From positions 12,234,412 through 12,298,411 of the forward strand of contig NC_068984.1 in NCBI RefSeq assembly GCF_001194135.2: 64,000 nt of DNA, in the 5' to 3' direction. Shown here piece after piece: positions 23,223-35,743 of this stretch. The notes below the pieces were generated by a model. It was not told where the DNA came from, ran no database searches, and saw only the letters and a program-made list of their open reading frames with translations. Each line of letters opens with the position of its first letter. Within the stretch, counting starts at the first letter, position 1. The DNA is from Octopus bimaculoides (Eukaryota). A program made the position numbers and the translations under genes.

Positions 23223-25787
23223 CTGAACAAATAAAATAGATCAATTGTCAAATATTAGGTTTTTCAAGGCTTGGTCAAGGTTTAAAGTGGAATAAAGTAT
23301 ACCAAAGTAGAATAGTGTCAGTTGACAATGAAGGAAAGAAGGAAATTGCTGTCTTGATGAAAAAAGAAATATATATATTTCTATTATCAAAGAAGGCACA
23401 GGTGTGGTTGTGTGGTAAGAAGTTTGCTTCCCAACTAGATGGTTTCAGGTTAAATCTCACTGTGTGGCACCTTGGACAAGTGTCTCCTACTATAGCCTCA
23501 AGCTGACCAAAGCATTGTGAGCAGATTTGGTAAACAGAAACTGGTTATAAGCCTGCTGTATACATCTATATATCAATATATACACACATCCTGCCAAAAA
23601 CAATCACAGAAGTCTGGTGCAGGCTTCTTGTGAGACTGTCCCACCCATACTAGCATGGAAGGTGGACGCTAAATGATGATGATGATGGCTGCCAGGGTCA
23701 CGTGCCGTGGAGAAGCAGGTACAGCAACAGTTTGGATGGTATACTGTTATAGTGCTTGCGAAGACCTGTTGAGGCAAGTGAAATCGAAATCGAACTAAAT
23801 TTGTAGGAACACTAAACTCAGCTTGCGAAGACCTGTTGGGGCAAGCGAAAGCGAAATCGTGATTGCACCTGTACCAGTGGAGCACTAAGAGCACCATCCG
23901 AGTGTGATCGTTGACAGAGCAGCTGTCTGGCTTCTGTGCCGGTGGCACGTAAATAGCACCAGCGTGATCGTTACCAACGTCGCCTCCTGGCACTTGTGCC
24001 AGTGGCATGTGAAAAGACATTCGAGCGAGATTGTTGCCAGTGCCGCTGGACTGGCTCCTGTGCAGGTGGCATGTAAAATACACCATTTCGAGTGTGGCCG
24101 TTGCCAGTACCGCCTGACTGGCCTTCGTGCCGGTGGCATGTAANNNNNNNNNNGCAGGTGGCATGTAAAATACACCATTTCGAGTGTGGCCGTTGCCAGT
24201 ACCGCCTGACTGGCCTTCGTGCCGGTGGCATGTAAAAGCACCCACTACACTCTCAGAGTGGTTGGCATTAGGAAGGACATCCAGCTGTAGAAACTCTACC
24301 AGATCAGATTGGGGCCTGGTGTAGCCATCTGGTTTGTCAGTCTTCAGTCAAATCGTCCAACCCATGCTAGCATGGAAAGCGGACATTAACCGACGATGAA
24401 GTCAGCTGAGCAGAGACCATTCTAATAGTGATAGAATCAAGAAGTGTGAGCAAGTGAAGGTTGGCAGAGCAGATGGGTTCACTCTCAACTGCTCACACAC
24501 ATTTGTGATTTAAAGTCAGTAGTTGTTTACGGCTGAATTAATGTCTAGTTTTGTTCCATTTAGATCAGAGACCACTGAGTTAATTCCCTTGTAATCTTGT
24601 AACAAGCCATTAGAAAAAGTATCAGATTTTCCACAGGGCGACCTCAACATCTAAATTATGAAAATGTGGTAAGAAGTTTGTTTCCCAACCACATGGTTCC
24701 AGGTTCAGTTTCACTGCACGGCTCCTTGGGCAAGTGTCTTCTGCTATAGCCGTGAGCCAACCAAAGCCTTGTGAGTGGATTTTGTTGATGGAAACTGAAA
24801 GAAGTCTGTCGTATGTATGGATGGGTCTGCATGTGTGTGTGTGTGTGTGTGTCCCTCCCCCACCGATTGACACTGGTGTTTACACCCCCACAACTTAGCA
24901 GCTCAACAAGAAAGACTGATATAGTAAGAACAAGCTTGGAAAAAAATAAGTACTAGGGTAAATTTGTTTGACTAAACCCTTTGAGGTGATGCCCCAGCAT
25001 GGCCACAGTGCAACGACTGAAACAAGTAAAAGACAAAAGAAATATAATTTTCCATTATATTATCACAGAATAACACCAAATGACTTGCTTCGTTTCAGAT
25101 TTCTAACCCTTTACCTGTCCAAAGCATTTTCATTAGTTTGTCTCAAATGTCCATGCTCGCTTTCAGAATTTTAGTTAGCCCTTTTTAACATATGTTCTGA
25201 GTAATGTAAAACGTTCCTTTCTAGTGGTTGGAAAAAATTGAGGATGTGTATCATATGTGATGCATTTTTTTTATTTTTGTCTTGCAAGGTACTTGGTGAC
25301 CCTGTCAGAGCAGGGACCACTTAAAACCATTCAGTCCACACTGTAAAGTGGTTGGTGTTTGGAAGGGTATCCAGCTGTAAAAACCTTGCCAAAACTGACC
25401 TTGCCTGTGCTTGTGCCATGTAAAAAGCAATAAGGGCATCTAGCTGTAAAAATCCTGCCAAAAACAGTCACAGAAGTCTGGTGCAGGCTTCTGCCTGGCT
25501 GGCTCTTGTGAAACTGTCCCACCCATGCTAGCATGGAAGGCAGACACTAAATGATGATGATGATGGCTTCCAGGGTCACGTGCCCTGTGTATTACATGTG
25601 ATACATAGGACAAACAAAGGGTTAAAACAACTTCTTTTGTATAAAACTGTGAGGGTCATCAGTTATACATATGGCAGGCTTCTGTACAGTTTCCTCTACA
25701 AAATTCCAGTGCTGCAAATATTATTTTGTAAATGACTTCCAGTGCTAATTGGATACCATGTAATAATTTTAAAAGTGGTTTACTTAC

Positions 25788-26040
25788 CTGGCACCAGGTG
25801 GCACTAAATGATAAGCTATATGTGCCTGTTCCAATCGAGATAATTCTTTTGTACCAAGTGTTTTAGCAAAGCTGGCCCAATCTTTTGTTGATTCAGCATC
25901 TCTTTTGGACTTTTCTGTTTCATTTTCCCAGCTTGCTTTGTGCCATGCCCTTTCAGCCATAGCTATAAGACGAGGAAATACCATACACTCTAGTTGTTCA
26001 GATGTACGGACTAGTTCTGACCACAGTTGACCTTGGATCC
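25788..26040 (-). CDS. GH20 hexosaminidase, coding exon 5
   Basis: Acceptor TTTCTCTTTGTAG. Reads GIQGQLWSELVRTSEQLECMVFPRLIAMAERAWHKASWE...YHLVPPGA. Donor AG|GTAAGT. 253 nt, phase 1 to 2. Confidence 0.93.
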
Positions 26041-26483
26041 CTACAAAGAGAAACAGAAGTTTTAAAAGTTTCAGACAATTCTTTAGCACATTTAACAAGT
26101 TAGCAGCGAAGGTCATATTGATATTTTATCTTCAACTAAAATGGCAGGCTGGCAGAATAGTTAGCACACGGGACAAAATTCTTAGTGATATTTTATCTGT
26201 CTTTCCATTCTGAGTTCAAATTCTGTTAAGGTCGACTTTCATCCTTTCAGGGTTGATAAAAGAACTATCAGTTGAGTAGAGAGGTTGTTTTGGTGATAGA
26301 CATTAACACTCCTGTATGATTAAAAGGTGGACTCACCAAACTCTTATAAAGAGTAATGTGTATCGTTGAGATGGAAGAAGGAGTTGGTGTCTCACATGTT
26401 GATAGTTGGAAGGTTAAGTTGGTAATACACTGTTTTACCCCACCACTTTGTTTAAAATCATATATCCGCAACCAGGGGTTGTT

Positions 26484-26853
26484 GTTGGCACTCTGTCGCT
26501 TACGATGTCGAGGGTTCCAGTTGATCCAATCAACGGAACAGCCTGCTCGTGAAATTAACGTGCAAATGGCTGAGCACTCCACAGACACGCGTACCCTTAA
26601 CGTAGTTCTCGGGGAGATTCAGCGTGACAAGGCTGGCCCTTTGAATTACAGGCACAACAAAAATAGGAAGTAAGAGTGAGAGAAAGTTGCGGTGAAAGAG
26701 TACAGCAGGGTTCGCCACCATCCCCTGCTGGAGCCTCGTGGAGCTTTAGGTGTTTTCGCTCAATAAACACTCACAACGCCCGGTCTGGGAATCGAAACCG
26801 CGATCTTATGACCGCAAGTCCGTTGCCCTAACCACTGAGCCATTGCGCCTCCA
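26484..26853 (-). mobile_element. full-length tRNA-headed SINE, family E, with (CAA)n tail
   Basis: Head GTGGAGGCGCAATGGCTCAGTGGTTAGG...GGTTTCGATTCCC. The tail is shared with ~63360..63520. Confidence 0.8.
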
Positions 26854-27262
26854 CTCAACCAGGGGTATAAAAGAGATTAATGCAATCATCCACCTCTTTC
26901 ACTTCAAACTTCAGGCTGTGTGCCTATAGCATAAAGAAATATCTTATTTTCAACTAAAATATTTTAGATTTACATTTAAAATTTTGTATTTGGTTTGCAA
27001 GATTCTTGATGTGAACTCATGTGTTGAAACATATTTTGTTATATCATTTGAGGGTCACAACCTTCAGATGCGCTATCTTTGGAGGGTCATTATGACAATA
27101 ATAAACACATGCATTGGTTCTATTTCACTTCTTTATTAATTATTTGTTAATTGGTTAAGTATGTCACTAATTAGCTAAAAAATTATTTGATGTTCCAGAA
27201 CAATTACCGTGACCAAACGAAACAGCTTCTGAAAGTCATTGAGAAAATACTGTTTTACTTAC

Positions 27263-27500
27263 CAATAATGTTTTCAGGAACTTTTAGGTTCACAATTTTC
27301 TTCTCGTAAGTTTTAATATCATCAATAGAAAGAGGTTCACCAGTCAGTTTATAATCAGCGTTAGCATAGAGGTCATCTGGAATGAACTTAAACACTTTTT
27401 CAGTGTCTATAAACCGGGCTGCCCAATAAAGACCTCTCTCTTCAGGATCTGGTTCATAAGGGTGGTCGAAATAAAGGTGTGTAGCCTGAGACATGACTAC
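27263..27500 (-). CDS. GH20 hexosaminidase, coding exon 4
   Basis: Acceptor TTTTACTTCTAG. Reads VVMSQATHLYFDHPYEPDPEERGLYWAARFIDTEKVFKFIPDDLYANAD...PENII. Donor G|GTAAGT. 238 nt, phase 0 to 1. Confidence 0.93.
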
Positions 27501-28066
27501 CTAGAAGTAAAATTCAAAGCAGTTACTCTCTCTTTTACTTTTTTCACTTGTTTCAGTCATTTGACTGTGGCCATGCTGGAGCACTGCCTTTAGTCAAAAG
27601 AATCGCCCCCCCCCCCCCGGACTTATTCTTTTGTAAGCCTAGTACTTATTCTATCGGTCTCTTTTGCCGGACTGCTAAGTTACGGGGACGTAAACACACC
27701 AGCATTGGTTGTCAAGCGAAGGTGGGGGGACAAATACAGACACACAAGCATGGCCTTCGTGCCGGTGGCACGTAAAAAGTACCCACTACACTCTCAGAGT
27801 GATTGGCGTTAGGAAGGGCATCCAGCTGTAGAAACTCAGCCAGATCAGATTGGAGCCTGGTGTAACCATCTGGTTCACCAGTCTTCAGTCAAATCGTCCA
27901 ACCCATGCTAGCATGGAAAGTGGACGNNNNNNNNNNNNNNNNNNNNNNNNNNNNNNNNNNNNNNNNNNNNNNNNNNNNNNNNNNNNNNNNNNNNNNNNNN
28001 NNNNNNNNNNNNNNNNNNNNNNNNNNNNNNNNNNNNNNNNNNNNNNNNNNNNNNNNNNNNNNNNNN

Positions 28067-28097
<31 letters not shown>

Positions 28098-29097
28098 TAC
28101 GATGGGCTTCTTTCAGTTTCTGTCTACCAAATCCACTCACAAAGATTTGGTTGGCCCGAGGCTATAGTAGAAGACACCTGCCCAAGGTGTCACGCAGTGG
28201 GACTGAACCCGGAACTGTATGGTTGAGAAGCAAGCTTCTTACCACGCAATCATGAAAATTTGTTTCATAACTTTTCCTGAAATCATCATCATCATCCTTT
28301 AACGTCTGTTGTCCATGCTGGCATGGGTTGGACGGTTTGACCAGGGCTGGTAAGCTGGAAGGCCGCACCAGACTCCAGTCTTATTTGGCTATGGCTGGGT
28401 GCCCTTCCTAACGCCAACAACTGTCAACAAATATTATTACAGTAAATACATGTTGATATACACAAACAAATTGTTGTAGTATTATTTATTTCTTTAAGGC
28501 AGTGAGCTGGCAGAGACGTTAGCACGCCGGGTGAAATGCTCAGCGGTATTTTATCTGTCTTTACATTCTGATTTTCTTAACTGAAGCCCAGAAAAAAAAA
28601 AAAAATACAGGTGCAGGCATAGCTGTGTGGTAAGAAGTTTGCTTCTCAACCACATGGTTCTGGGTTCAGTCCCATTGGGAAAGTGTTTTCTACTACGGCC
28701 TCAGGCTGACCAAAGCCTTGGGAGTGGATTAGGTAGACGGAAAATGAAAGGAGCCTGTTGTATATATAATATATAATATATACCCTCAGCCTTGGGCTGA
28801 AACCAGTAAAAGATATAAAAGATGTGTGTTTTTGTATCTGTGTTTGTCCCTCATCAACGCTTGACAACTGGTGTTGGTTTGTTTATGTCCGTGCAACAAA
28901 GTAGTTCAACAAAAGAATCTGATAGAGAAGTACTAGGCTTATAAAAAAAAAAAAGTACTGGGGTTGATTTGTTCAAATAAAAATTCTTCAAGGTCAGCTC
29001 CGGCATGGCTGCAATCTAATGACTGAATCAAGTAAATGATAAATGATAAAATAAAAAAAACTACACACACACACAATCAACACATTTCTAAACTTAC

Positions 29098-29844
29098 CTT
29101 ATATCCAGCATTAGCCAGCATGTATGCAATATTAGCTTTTCCTGATTCCCAGACATTCTGCCAAGCATACACAAGAACATCTTCCTGGGGTATATTAGAA
29201 CGTTCGAATGGGCCATCAATAGACACCATACCATCTTGCCAAGCTCCCAAGCTTAAACCATGTTTATAAACAATGGCAGCTACTCTACGGACAAAATGTT
29301 CTAAAAGATCATCCAGAGTCACTATGTTTTCAGAGGAATTGAAGAGTTTTCGACAAGCTGGTGATTCTTCCCACATATCAATCGGGACTTCATCTCCACC
29401 AAAGTGGAACACCCTCAAAGGAGCTATGTCTTCATGCATCTCTTTCAAGGCTAACACCACCATTTCAACAAAATTAAAAGTTGATTCAAGGCCTGGATTC
29501 AGTAGGTTTTCATGAAATAACTGGCAGGATTGAGTTGTTATTGGACTCTGGACTTCACTTGATTCATGCAACATATATTTCGCAGCTTCTTCCATTTTAC
29601 CAGCAGAACAGAGTTTTTCGTAATGGGATTTGACAGCCTGAATAGCAGCATTGCAATGACCTGGCATGTCCACTTCGGGGATAATCTCAACATGGCGCTC
29701 AGTAGCATAAAGTAGGATTTCTCTATAGTCTTTGACTGAATAGTAACCGGAACCAGATGTATCAGAATTTGGGCCAGAACCCAATAATGGTAAAATGTGA
29801 CAGTTTCCAGAGGTGTTATGACTATGACTGCGGTAGCCGCCAAC
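29098..29844 (-). CDS. GH20 hexosaminidase, coding exon 3: catalytic core
   Basis: Acceptor TTTTCTGCAG. Reads VGGYRS...LGSGP...GSGYYS...IIPEVDMPGH...FHFGGDEVP...AWQDG...AWQNVWE...ANAGYK. Donor GTAAGT. 747 nt, phase 0 to 0. Catalytic H-x-G-G-D-E at 29389..29406. Confidence 0.95.
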
Positions 29845-30929
29845 CTGCAGAAAAGAAGTGGTTTATATTTTGAAAAATAACTAAAATAAAGGTTTTAAAA
29901 ATCAAAACATTCAAAAGTTGAAAAAAAATTTGGACAGAATAAAAAAAAAAATGATAAGTAAAGATACTGACTTCCATGAAGATAAAACAAAGTTTTATGT
30001 TGTGCCAGAAGAGGAGGGATAACTTTAGAGCCAGTAGTTCAGAAAGAGGGACAGAAAAAAATCCTTCTTTCATTGTTTTGATTGCTATATTAAACTGGAG
30101 TGAAGGTGCATGACCTAGTGGTTAGGGTGTTTCACTCATGATTGCTCATGTGGGTTCAATTCCTGGACTGAGCAGTGCATTGTGTTCTCGAGCAAAACAC
30201 TTCATTTCACATTGCTTCAGTCCACTTGGTTGTCAACAGGTAACCCTGCCATGGAATAGTCTTTCGATCAGGGGGAATGTTGGCCTGCTCACCTAATTAG
30301 TGGGGTGGTATCATTTGAAGGCTAAAACAATGCAAAGTGCATTGTGACCAGTGATGTCTACCGACATCTGACAGCCTGGTCAATACTGGGAGCAAGTATA
30401 ACTGAATGGTTAAGAAGTGGTTCTGATGTCAATCTCATTGCACAGCACCTCGAGTGTCCTGTATTACTGCCTCGGACTGACCAAAGCCTTGTGGGTGAAA
30501 TTCAGTAAATGGAAACTGTGAGGAATCCCATCAGAGGACCTGTTCCTGTTCTTGGGTGGTAGGCCTAACTTGTCATCTGGTTTAACGCCATTACTTGGAC
30601 TTTTGGTGCTTTTAGTGGAGTGTGCTGTGTGGCAAGTGTTTGGGACAAGTCACAAGTCTTCTTTTCTTCTTGAGTCTTGAAAACCATTCTTTCTTTGACT
30701 ATGCCATTAAAAAAAAAAAAATTATCATGCAAATAAATGCAATGTAAATGCATTCTCATGACTTGATAATCAAAGGCTTTAAGCCACCAGCCAATGTTTA
30801 GTACTTATTAAACACTTATACAGATTGTAAGTCTATCAAAAAAGTTAGTTTAATCAACTAAAGAAAGGTATTTAAATTTTAGCAGAAATTTATCAAAATG
30901 ATTAGAATGAAAAAAAAAATAGACCTTAC

Positions 30930-31360
30930 AGATGTCATCTCCTCAAGACCAGGGATTTCAATCCGCCATCCTTCATCATCAGTTAAATGCAAATGTAATT
31001 TGTTCATCTTGTACATAATCATGCTGTCGATGAGTTTGAACATTTCTTGTTTTCCATGGAAGTTTCGTACGACATCGACATGAAGACCACGATATTCGTA
31101 TCTTGGAGCATCTACGATTTTCACTTCTGGAATACGTTCATCCTTATAAAGACTCAATAAAGACTGGATCCCCCAGAATAGACCTTGAGAAGTGCTGGCA
31201 GTTATTTCAATCACACCTTCTAGGCAATCAACAGTAAGTGTATAAGCCTCCTTAGAAATAAATGAATGATTTTGAGGTGGAAGTTGCACAGATGGAACTA
31301 ATTTAAGATAAATGTACTTAGTTTCAGGGAGCTGAGAAACAATTTTTAGCTGTAGCTTTC
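30930..31360 (-). CDS. GH20 hexosaminidase, coding exon 2: GH20b domain and start of catalytic barrel
   Basis: Acceptor T9ATAG at 31361-31362. Reads GKLQLK...EAYTL...GLFWGIQSL...DAPRYEYRGLHVDVVRNFH...YKMNKLHLHLTDDEGWRIEIPGLEEMTS. Donor GTAAGG. 431 nt, phase 1 to 0. Confidence 0.93.
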
Positions 31361-31667
31361 CTATAAAAAAAAAATAAAATATAGGGTAACATAAACTTCA
31401 ATTTCCAAAGTAATTTTTAAAATTGTAATAAAATGAAAGGACTTGGTGTACCTGAATGAATTCGAGAGTAGGACTTACTGGATACATAACATTTGACAAT
31501 AAGAGGGCTTAGATTTGTCCCCTTGATGTTCATCTAGTCAATGTAGTAACATCTGAAGAGAACATTCAAGAAGTTAACAAAAGGAGAACAGTGAAAGTAT
31601 GTTTAACATAAGTGCATGCACACATACACATACATACATAATGGTTGTTAGGTTAAAAGCAACTTAC

Positions 31668-32379
31668 CTGAGAGATACTCAGCATCTTTGGACAGAGTTA
31701 GATCTTTAGTATATATCACCCAGTTTCCTTCTCTCAAATAGATACATTTGGTTTTACTGCAAACCATTTGGAGTGGCGTAGGTATAACTGGTTTAATTTC
31801 TTCATTAGAGTTGTAGGCAGACAAATTCCTTTCAAAGCGAACCTTTGGCGTAAAAGGATCATAAATGTCAAAACGTTGTTTGCCGTCAGCTAATTCATAA
31901 TCATAACGTTTCCATTGAGAGGGTTTGTTAAACTGACCCACAAAATTAAGATCTTCATCAGCTGTGCACTTGATGATACGAGGAATCAAATCAGGATACG
32001 TCATATACCAATTAGGCAGAACATCAGTTTTAGCAACGGAATAATACTGAGCAAGGAATATTATTTTAACAGAATCATTATTAGTCAGTGTTTTGAAAGA
32101 CTCTAGGGGTTCCAATTTGAAAAGGCTTCCATTAACATGTGAAAACTTCACACCATATTCTGTTAGTTCGGCAAAAGAATTTTTTGATAAGTATTTCGGC
32201 TCAATCAAGCGGATGTGGCATAAATAGATTGCCCATGGACCTGGCTCAAGAGGAACTGAGCAATGATTGGTCAAAGTTATTGCTGCTTTAAATATTTTGC
32301 GGCCTTGGTGGATATTGTCAAGAACTTCATAATGTATATCCAAAGTGTCTGTTAGTAGATCAAATGATTTCTGATCCAT
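31668..32379 (-). CDS. GH20 beta-N-acetylhexosaminidase (chitobiase-type), coding exon 1: CHB_HEX carbohydrate-binding domain and start of GH20b domain
   Basis: ORF 31648..32397 reads MDQKSFDLLTDTLDIHYEVLDN...LPNWY...PVIPTP. ATG at 32379, acceptor TTCTAG at 32401-32402 followed by an in-frame TGA, donor CAG|GTAAGT after 31668 (phase 1). Confidence 0.9.
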
Positions 32380-32677
32380 GTTCAATAACAATACCAATCA
32401 CTAGAATTATAATAGAAAAAAAAACAGATTATGTACAGGTATGTGTTATGGGTTGATTTAAAGGAGCAATTTGAGATTTAAAAATATAAAACAAAATCTT
32501 ATTTAGATGTTTTGGAATAAAACATTAATCCTTTCACTTGAGTACATAATACCACTGCTTCAATCTTGTTCATGTGTCATTAAAGAGACAAGCGATAAAC
32601 CCTACCATTAATCAGATACCAATCTAAGATAAGCTTTCCTATTACTTTTGGTAATTAGTCTTGAAATAAATTAATGC

Positions 32678-32748
32678 AACTGCAATTCTGCACAGAAATG
32701 CAACATAATAACTGCAATTCTGCACAGAAATGCAACATAATAACTGCA
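32678..32748. repeat. 32-bp tandem duplication
   Basis: AACTGCAATTCTGCACAGAAATGCAACATAAT twice, plus a partial third copy. Confidence 0.9.
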
Positions 32749-34521
32749 GTGGATATATAAAGCAGTGGACTTTTTCTTTGCTTTTTTTTATAGAATGTGT
32801 GTAAGAACTCCTTAAGTGGCCCCTGGGTCGAGTGTTCATACAGTTTACAGCAAAGACATTCATGAACAACTAGCATCCAGACTATAGGAGGGGCATCAGT
32901 TTGTCTCTCCATTTCATAATGATTATGGAGTTGATATTGAAGTAAGAAAAACAGATGTAAAATGAATGAACACAGACACACACACATCCTGGGTCATGTT
33001 ACCTACTGCCATTATTCTATCCTTTTGGTCATACAGGTACCTTTCTCAGAATACTGGGTACATCTATCACTTACCCTCATATCACACGTGCCTTACATCA
33101 TAAAACTTCATAGCTTCCAATCTGTAAAAGTGATTGGTGAGCGAGCAGAATTATGGATCACGAAATCCCTTTAGTTGTGTTGAGGATATAGCTACTTCTC
33201 TAGTGCTGGTGCCATGAGAAAACACCCAGTACACTTTGTAAAGTGTAAAGATGTGATAACTCTTTAGTTTTATTGAGGACATGACAACTTTAGTGCTCAA
33301 GTGCCATGAAAACAAAAATAAGTGCAGTCAGTAAAGTGGTTGGCATTAGGAAGGGCATCTAAGCCACAGAATCAAGTAAAAAAAATATAAAATAAGTAAG
33401 AAAGATCCTTTGACCCCTCTAGGTTAGCAGTGCTTCTAAATATGTGCTGTGACCTGTTAAACTCTTACCAAAATAGAAAGCAAATGTAAAATGATAATGA
33501 TATATATATGAGGTCTGTAGGAAAAAAAAACCCCAAACCTTTTGAGAGGCAAAGTTATTGCTTTATTTACAATTTAATTAGGCTTGTCTCTTTCAGATTA
33601 GTTCTATTCTCTGTTGATAAACCACTCCTAACATTTTTTCAGTTTTGGAATGTGTCCTGGAATGCATTTTCAGAGGTAGAGTGAATGAAGTTCATGCAGC
33701 AAGTTTTCTTTGATCTTTTCTATTGTTTAAAAATCACCATTTGATGTCTTGTATCTGGATGACACATGGCTCAATGGTTAGAGTGTCAAGCTCACAATCA
33801 TGAGGTAGTGAGTTCAATTCCCAGATCAAGCTGTGTGTTGAGCAAGACACTTTACTTCATGTTGCTCCAGTTCATTCAGCTGTAGAAATGAATTGAGGTG
33901 TCACTGGTGCCAAGCTGTATCAGCCTTTGCCTTCCCGAGGATAACATCAGTCGCATGGAGAGAGGAGGCTGGTCTGCATGGGCAACTGCTGGTCTTCCAT
34001 AAACAACCTTGCCCAGACTTGTGCCTCAGAGGGGAACTTTCTAGGTGCAATCCCATGGTCATTCATGACTGAAAGAGGTTTTTTACCCTTTTATCTGGAT
34101 GACATAACACATGGTGGAGGAGTCAAGTTTACTAATGAACAACATCTGTTCCAGCCATATTGCTTCTTTTGACTGGTAAGTGGAAAATGTAAATTTTGAT
34201 AAAAATCAGCTTGATGACAAAGTCTTCAATCCGATCTGATTGAGATGTGACTGACCTCAGAGATTTTTTTATAGTGGTCAAATGTTCGTGCAGTACTTTA
34301 GCTCACTCCCTCCATCGAATTGATGTTGCCTGAACAGTTGCGCAATGTATCACATGTCAGTGGTCAAAGTGATCAGAGAGCAATGCAAGATGAAGTGTTT
34401 TGCTCAAAGAATACAATGCACCACCCAGTCTAGGAATTGAAACCACAGTCTCATGGTTGTTAGTGCAACACCCTAGCCACTAAGCCATGCATCCTCACAC
34501 ACACACACACACATATATATG

Positions 34522-34860
34522 TGTGAAGGCACATGGCTCTGTGGTTATAGCGCCGAGCTTACGATCGTGAAGTTGTGAGCCCGAATCCCAGACCGGGCTG
34601 CGTGTTGTGTTCTTGAGCAAGACACTTTATTTCACGTTGCTCCAGTTCACTCAGCTGTAGAAATGAGTTGCGACATCACTGGTGCCAAGCTGTATCGGCC
34701 CCTTTGCCTTTCCCTTGGATAACACTGGTGGCGTGGAGAGGGGAGGCCAGTATGCACAGGCGACTGCTGGTCTTCCATAAACAACCTTGCCTGAACTTGT
34801 GCCTCAGAGGGGAACTTTCTAGGTGCAATCCCATGGTCAGTCATGACCAAAGCGGGTCTC
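34522..34860 (+). mobile_element. tRNA-headed SINE, family C; a second copy lies just upstream at ~33760..34090
   Basis: Shared GTTCTTGAGCAAGACACTTTATTTCACGTTGCTCCAG...GGTCTTCCATAAACAACCTTGCC...GGTGCAATCCCATGGTC. Related heads at ~3030..3290, 30105..30385, 63208..63350. Confidence 0.78.
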
Positions 34861-35021
34861 AGATATATATANNNNNNNNNNNNNNNNNNNNNNNNNNNNN
34901 NNNNNNNNNNNNNNNNNNNNNNNNNNNNNNNNNNNNNNNNNNNNNNNNNNNNNNNNNNNNNNNNNNNNNNNNNCCAGACTTCAGTTGTCTGTTTTAGCAT
35001 GGTTTTTACGACTGAATGCCA

Positions 35022-35064
<43 letters not shown>

Positions 35065-35355
35065 GTGTGTGTGTGTATGAGTATATACATTATTCCAAAA
35101 CAAATCAAAGAAGATCCCATCACCTTCAAATGATATCTGGACAAATTGCTTCAAGGAATAAATAGTACACAAGCCACCTATCTCTGGATACACATCAGTC
35201 AACAACTTCTTACATGAATGGACCAGTTTTCGGCTGATACATATTTAAGTTCATATAAATTTTAGAGTTATGTAAGAGTTGTAAAATATATTTTATGTAG
35301 TGCAAACATTATCTCAATCTGCTGGGTAGAGTTCATATATTATATCAAAAGTCGA

Positions 35356-35743
35356 CAGGAGTGGCTGTGTGGTAAGAAGCTTGCTTCCCAACTTCATGGT
35401 TCTGAGTTCAATCCCACTGCGTGGCACCTTGCGCAAGTGTCTTTTACTATAGCCTCAGGCCAACTAAAGCCTTGTGAGTGGATTTGGTAGACGGAAACTG
35501 AAAGAAGCCTGTCGTATATATAGATATATATGTATATGTTTGTGTGTGTGTGGTTGTCCCACCATCGCTTGACAACCGATGCTGGTGTGTTTACGCCCCC
35601 GTAACTTAGCAGTTCGGCAAAAGAGACCGGTAGAATAAGTACTAGGCTTGCAAAGAATAAATCCTGGGGGTAGATTTGTTCAACTAAAGGCGATGCTCCA
35701 GCATGGCCGCAGTCAAAATGACTGAAACAAGTAAAAGAAAGAA
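35356..35743 (+). mobile_element. full-length tRNA-headed SINE, family A (CORE-like CCTTGGGCAAGTGTC, internal microsatellite)
   Basis: GGAGTGGCTGTGTGGTAAG head (A/B-box like) to ATGACTGAAACAAGTAAAAGAA tail. Many copies: 5115..5265, 9140..9340(-), 15865..16165(-), 24655..25035, 27535..27745(-), 28090..28250(-), 41345..41570(-), 55632..55977, 61275..61566(-), 63568..63968. Confidence 0.85.

Noticed and set aside
24064-24233. Exact 80-bp direct repeat either side of the 10-N gap at 24144..24153
   Set aside because: Most likely overlapping contig ends left unmerged by the assembler.
26770-26853. tRNA genes (also 60382..60455, 63208..63280 and all family A heads)
   Set aside because: A/B-box-like heads run directly into SINE bodies and lack a complete acceptor stem.
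19489-32379. Naming the GH20 gene HEXA/HEXB, or treating it as bacterial contamination
   Set aside because: Domain layout and length differ from HEXA/HEXB. Six canonical introns with host SINEs exclude contamination.
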